Source: an uncultured Erysipelotrichaceae bacterium (GTDB lineage Bacteria; Bacillota_I; Bacilli_A; Erysipelotrichales; Erysipelotrichaceae). Taken from it: a stretch of DNA of 5,758 nt. The notes beneath the pieces were generated by a model. It did not search any database and had not been told where the DNA came from. It was given only the letters and a program-made list of their open reading frames with translations. The translations under genes and the position numbers were made by a program. Shown here piece by piece: positions 5,639 through 5,758 of the stretch. The first letter of the stretch is position 1. Every line of letters starts with the position of its first letter. The stretch is from NCBI GenBank assembly GCA_964457525.1, contig CAYWGS010000048.1:5305-11062 (forward strand), given 5' to 3'.

Positions 5639-5758
5639 ATGTATAACATGAAAGAAGTATGCGATAAAACAAATTTGAATTATGAAACATTAAGGTATTA
5701 TTGTAACCTTGGTTTAGTCCCAAATGTTAAACGAGATAAAAACAATTATCGATTATTT
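5639..5758 (+). CDS. MerR-family transcriptional regulator, N-terminal HTH part. It continues past the right edge of the window.
   Basis: My own translation is MYNMKEVCDKTNLNYETLRYYCNLGLVPNVKRDKNNYRLF. The pattern (I/V)xE(V)..xTxLxxxTLRYYxxxGL(V/I)xPxxRxxxNYRxF is the MerR N-terminal winged-HTH signature. A GGAG RBS at 5629-5632 lies 6 nt before the ATG. An alternative start exists at M4 (5648). Confidence 0.85.
   Translation, partial: MYNMKEVCDKTNLNYETLRYYCNLGLVPNVKRDKNNYRLF

Noticed and set aside
1-5758. Search for CRISPR repeats, tRNA/rRNA, IS elements or long inverted/direct repeats, and riboswitch-sized leaders
   Set aside because: None was found by eye. All intergenic gaps are 93 nt or shorter and are accounted for by promoters, RBSs and terminators.

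Overview
Low-GC, Firmicutes-like chromosomal segment. It has Gram-positive-type GGAG ribosome-binding sites and uses the standard genetic code (Trp is TGG). Nine genes are tightly packed, eight on the minus strand. No tRNA, rRNA, CRISPR array, transposase or long repeat is visible. The window reads as a row of small sensor/effector stress modules. (1) A MerR-family regulator (partial, + strand) is divergent from an aldo/keto reductase. The reductase promoter has the MerR hallmark: a 19-bp spacer containing a perfect 8-1-8 palindrome. (2) pcp (pyroglutamyl peptidase I). (3) An FNR-type Crp/Fnr regulator has an N-terminal Cys/His cluster plus a central Cys. It is followed by a perfect FNR box (TTGATGTACATCAA) placed at class II (-41.5) geometry upstream of a probable operon. 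That operon encodes a truncated RIC/YtfE/ScdA-like 'mini-hemerythrin' protein, an MBD-less P1B-type heavy-metal ATPase with an atypical CPG transmembrane motif, and a stand-alone HMA metallochaperone. It ends in a strong rho-independent terminator. (4) A PadR-family regulator is coupled to a chromate transporter chrA (truncated by the window edge). The most interesting signal is module 3. It predicts redox/NO-type (or metal-type) control by an FNR-like sensor over a half-hemerythrin protein and a non-canonical metal pump. All functional calls come from reading motifs in the translations; no database search was run.
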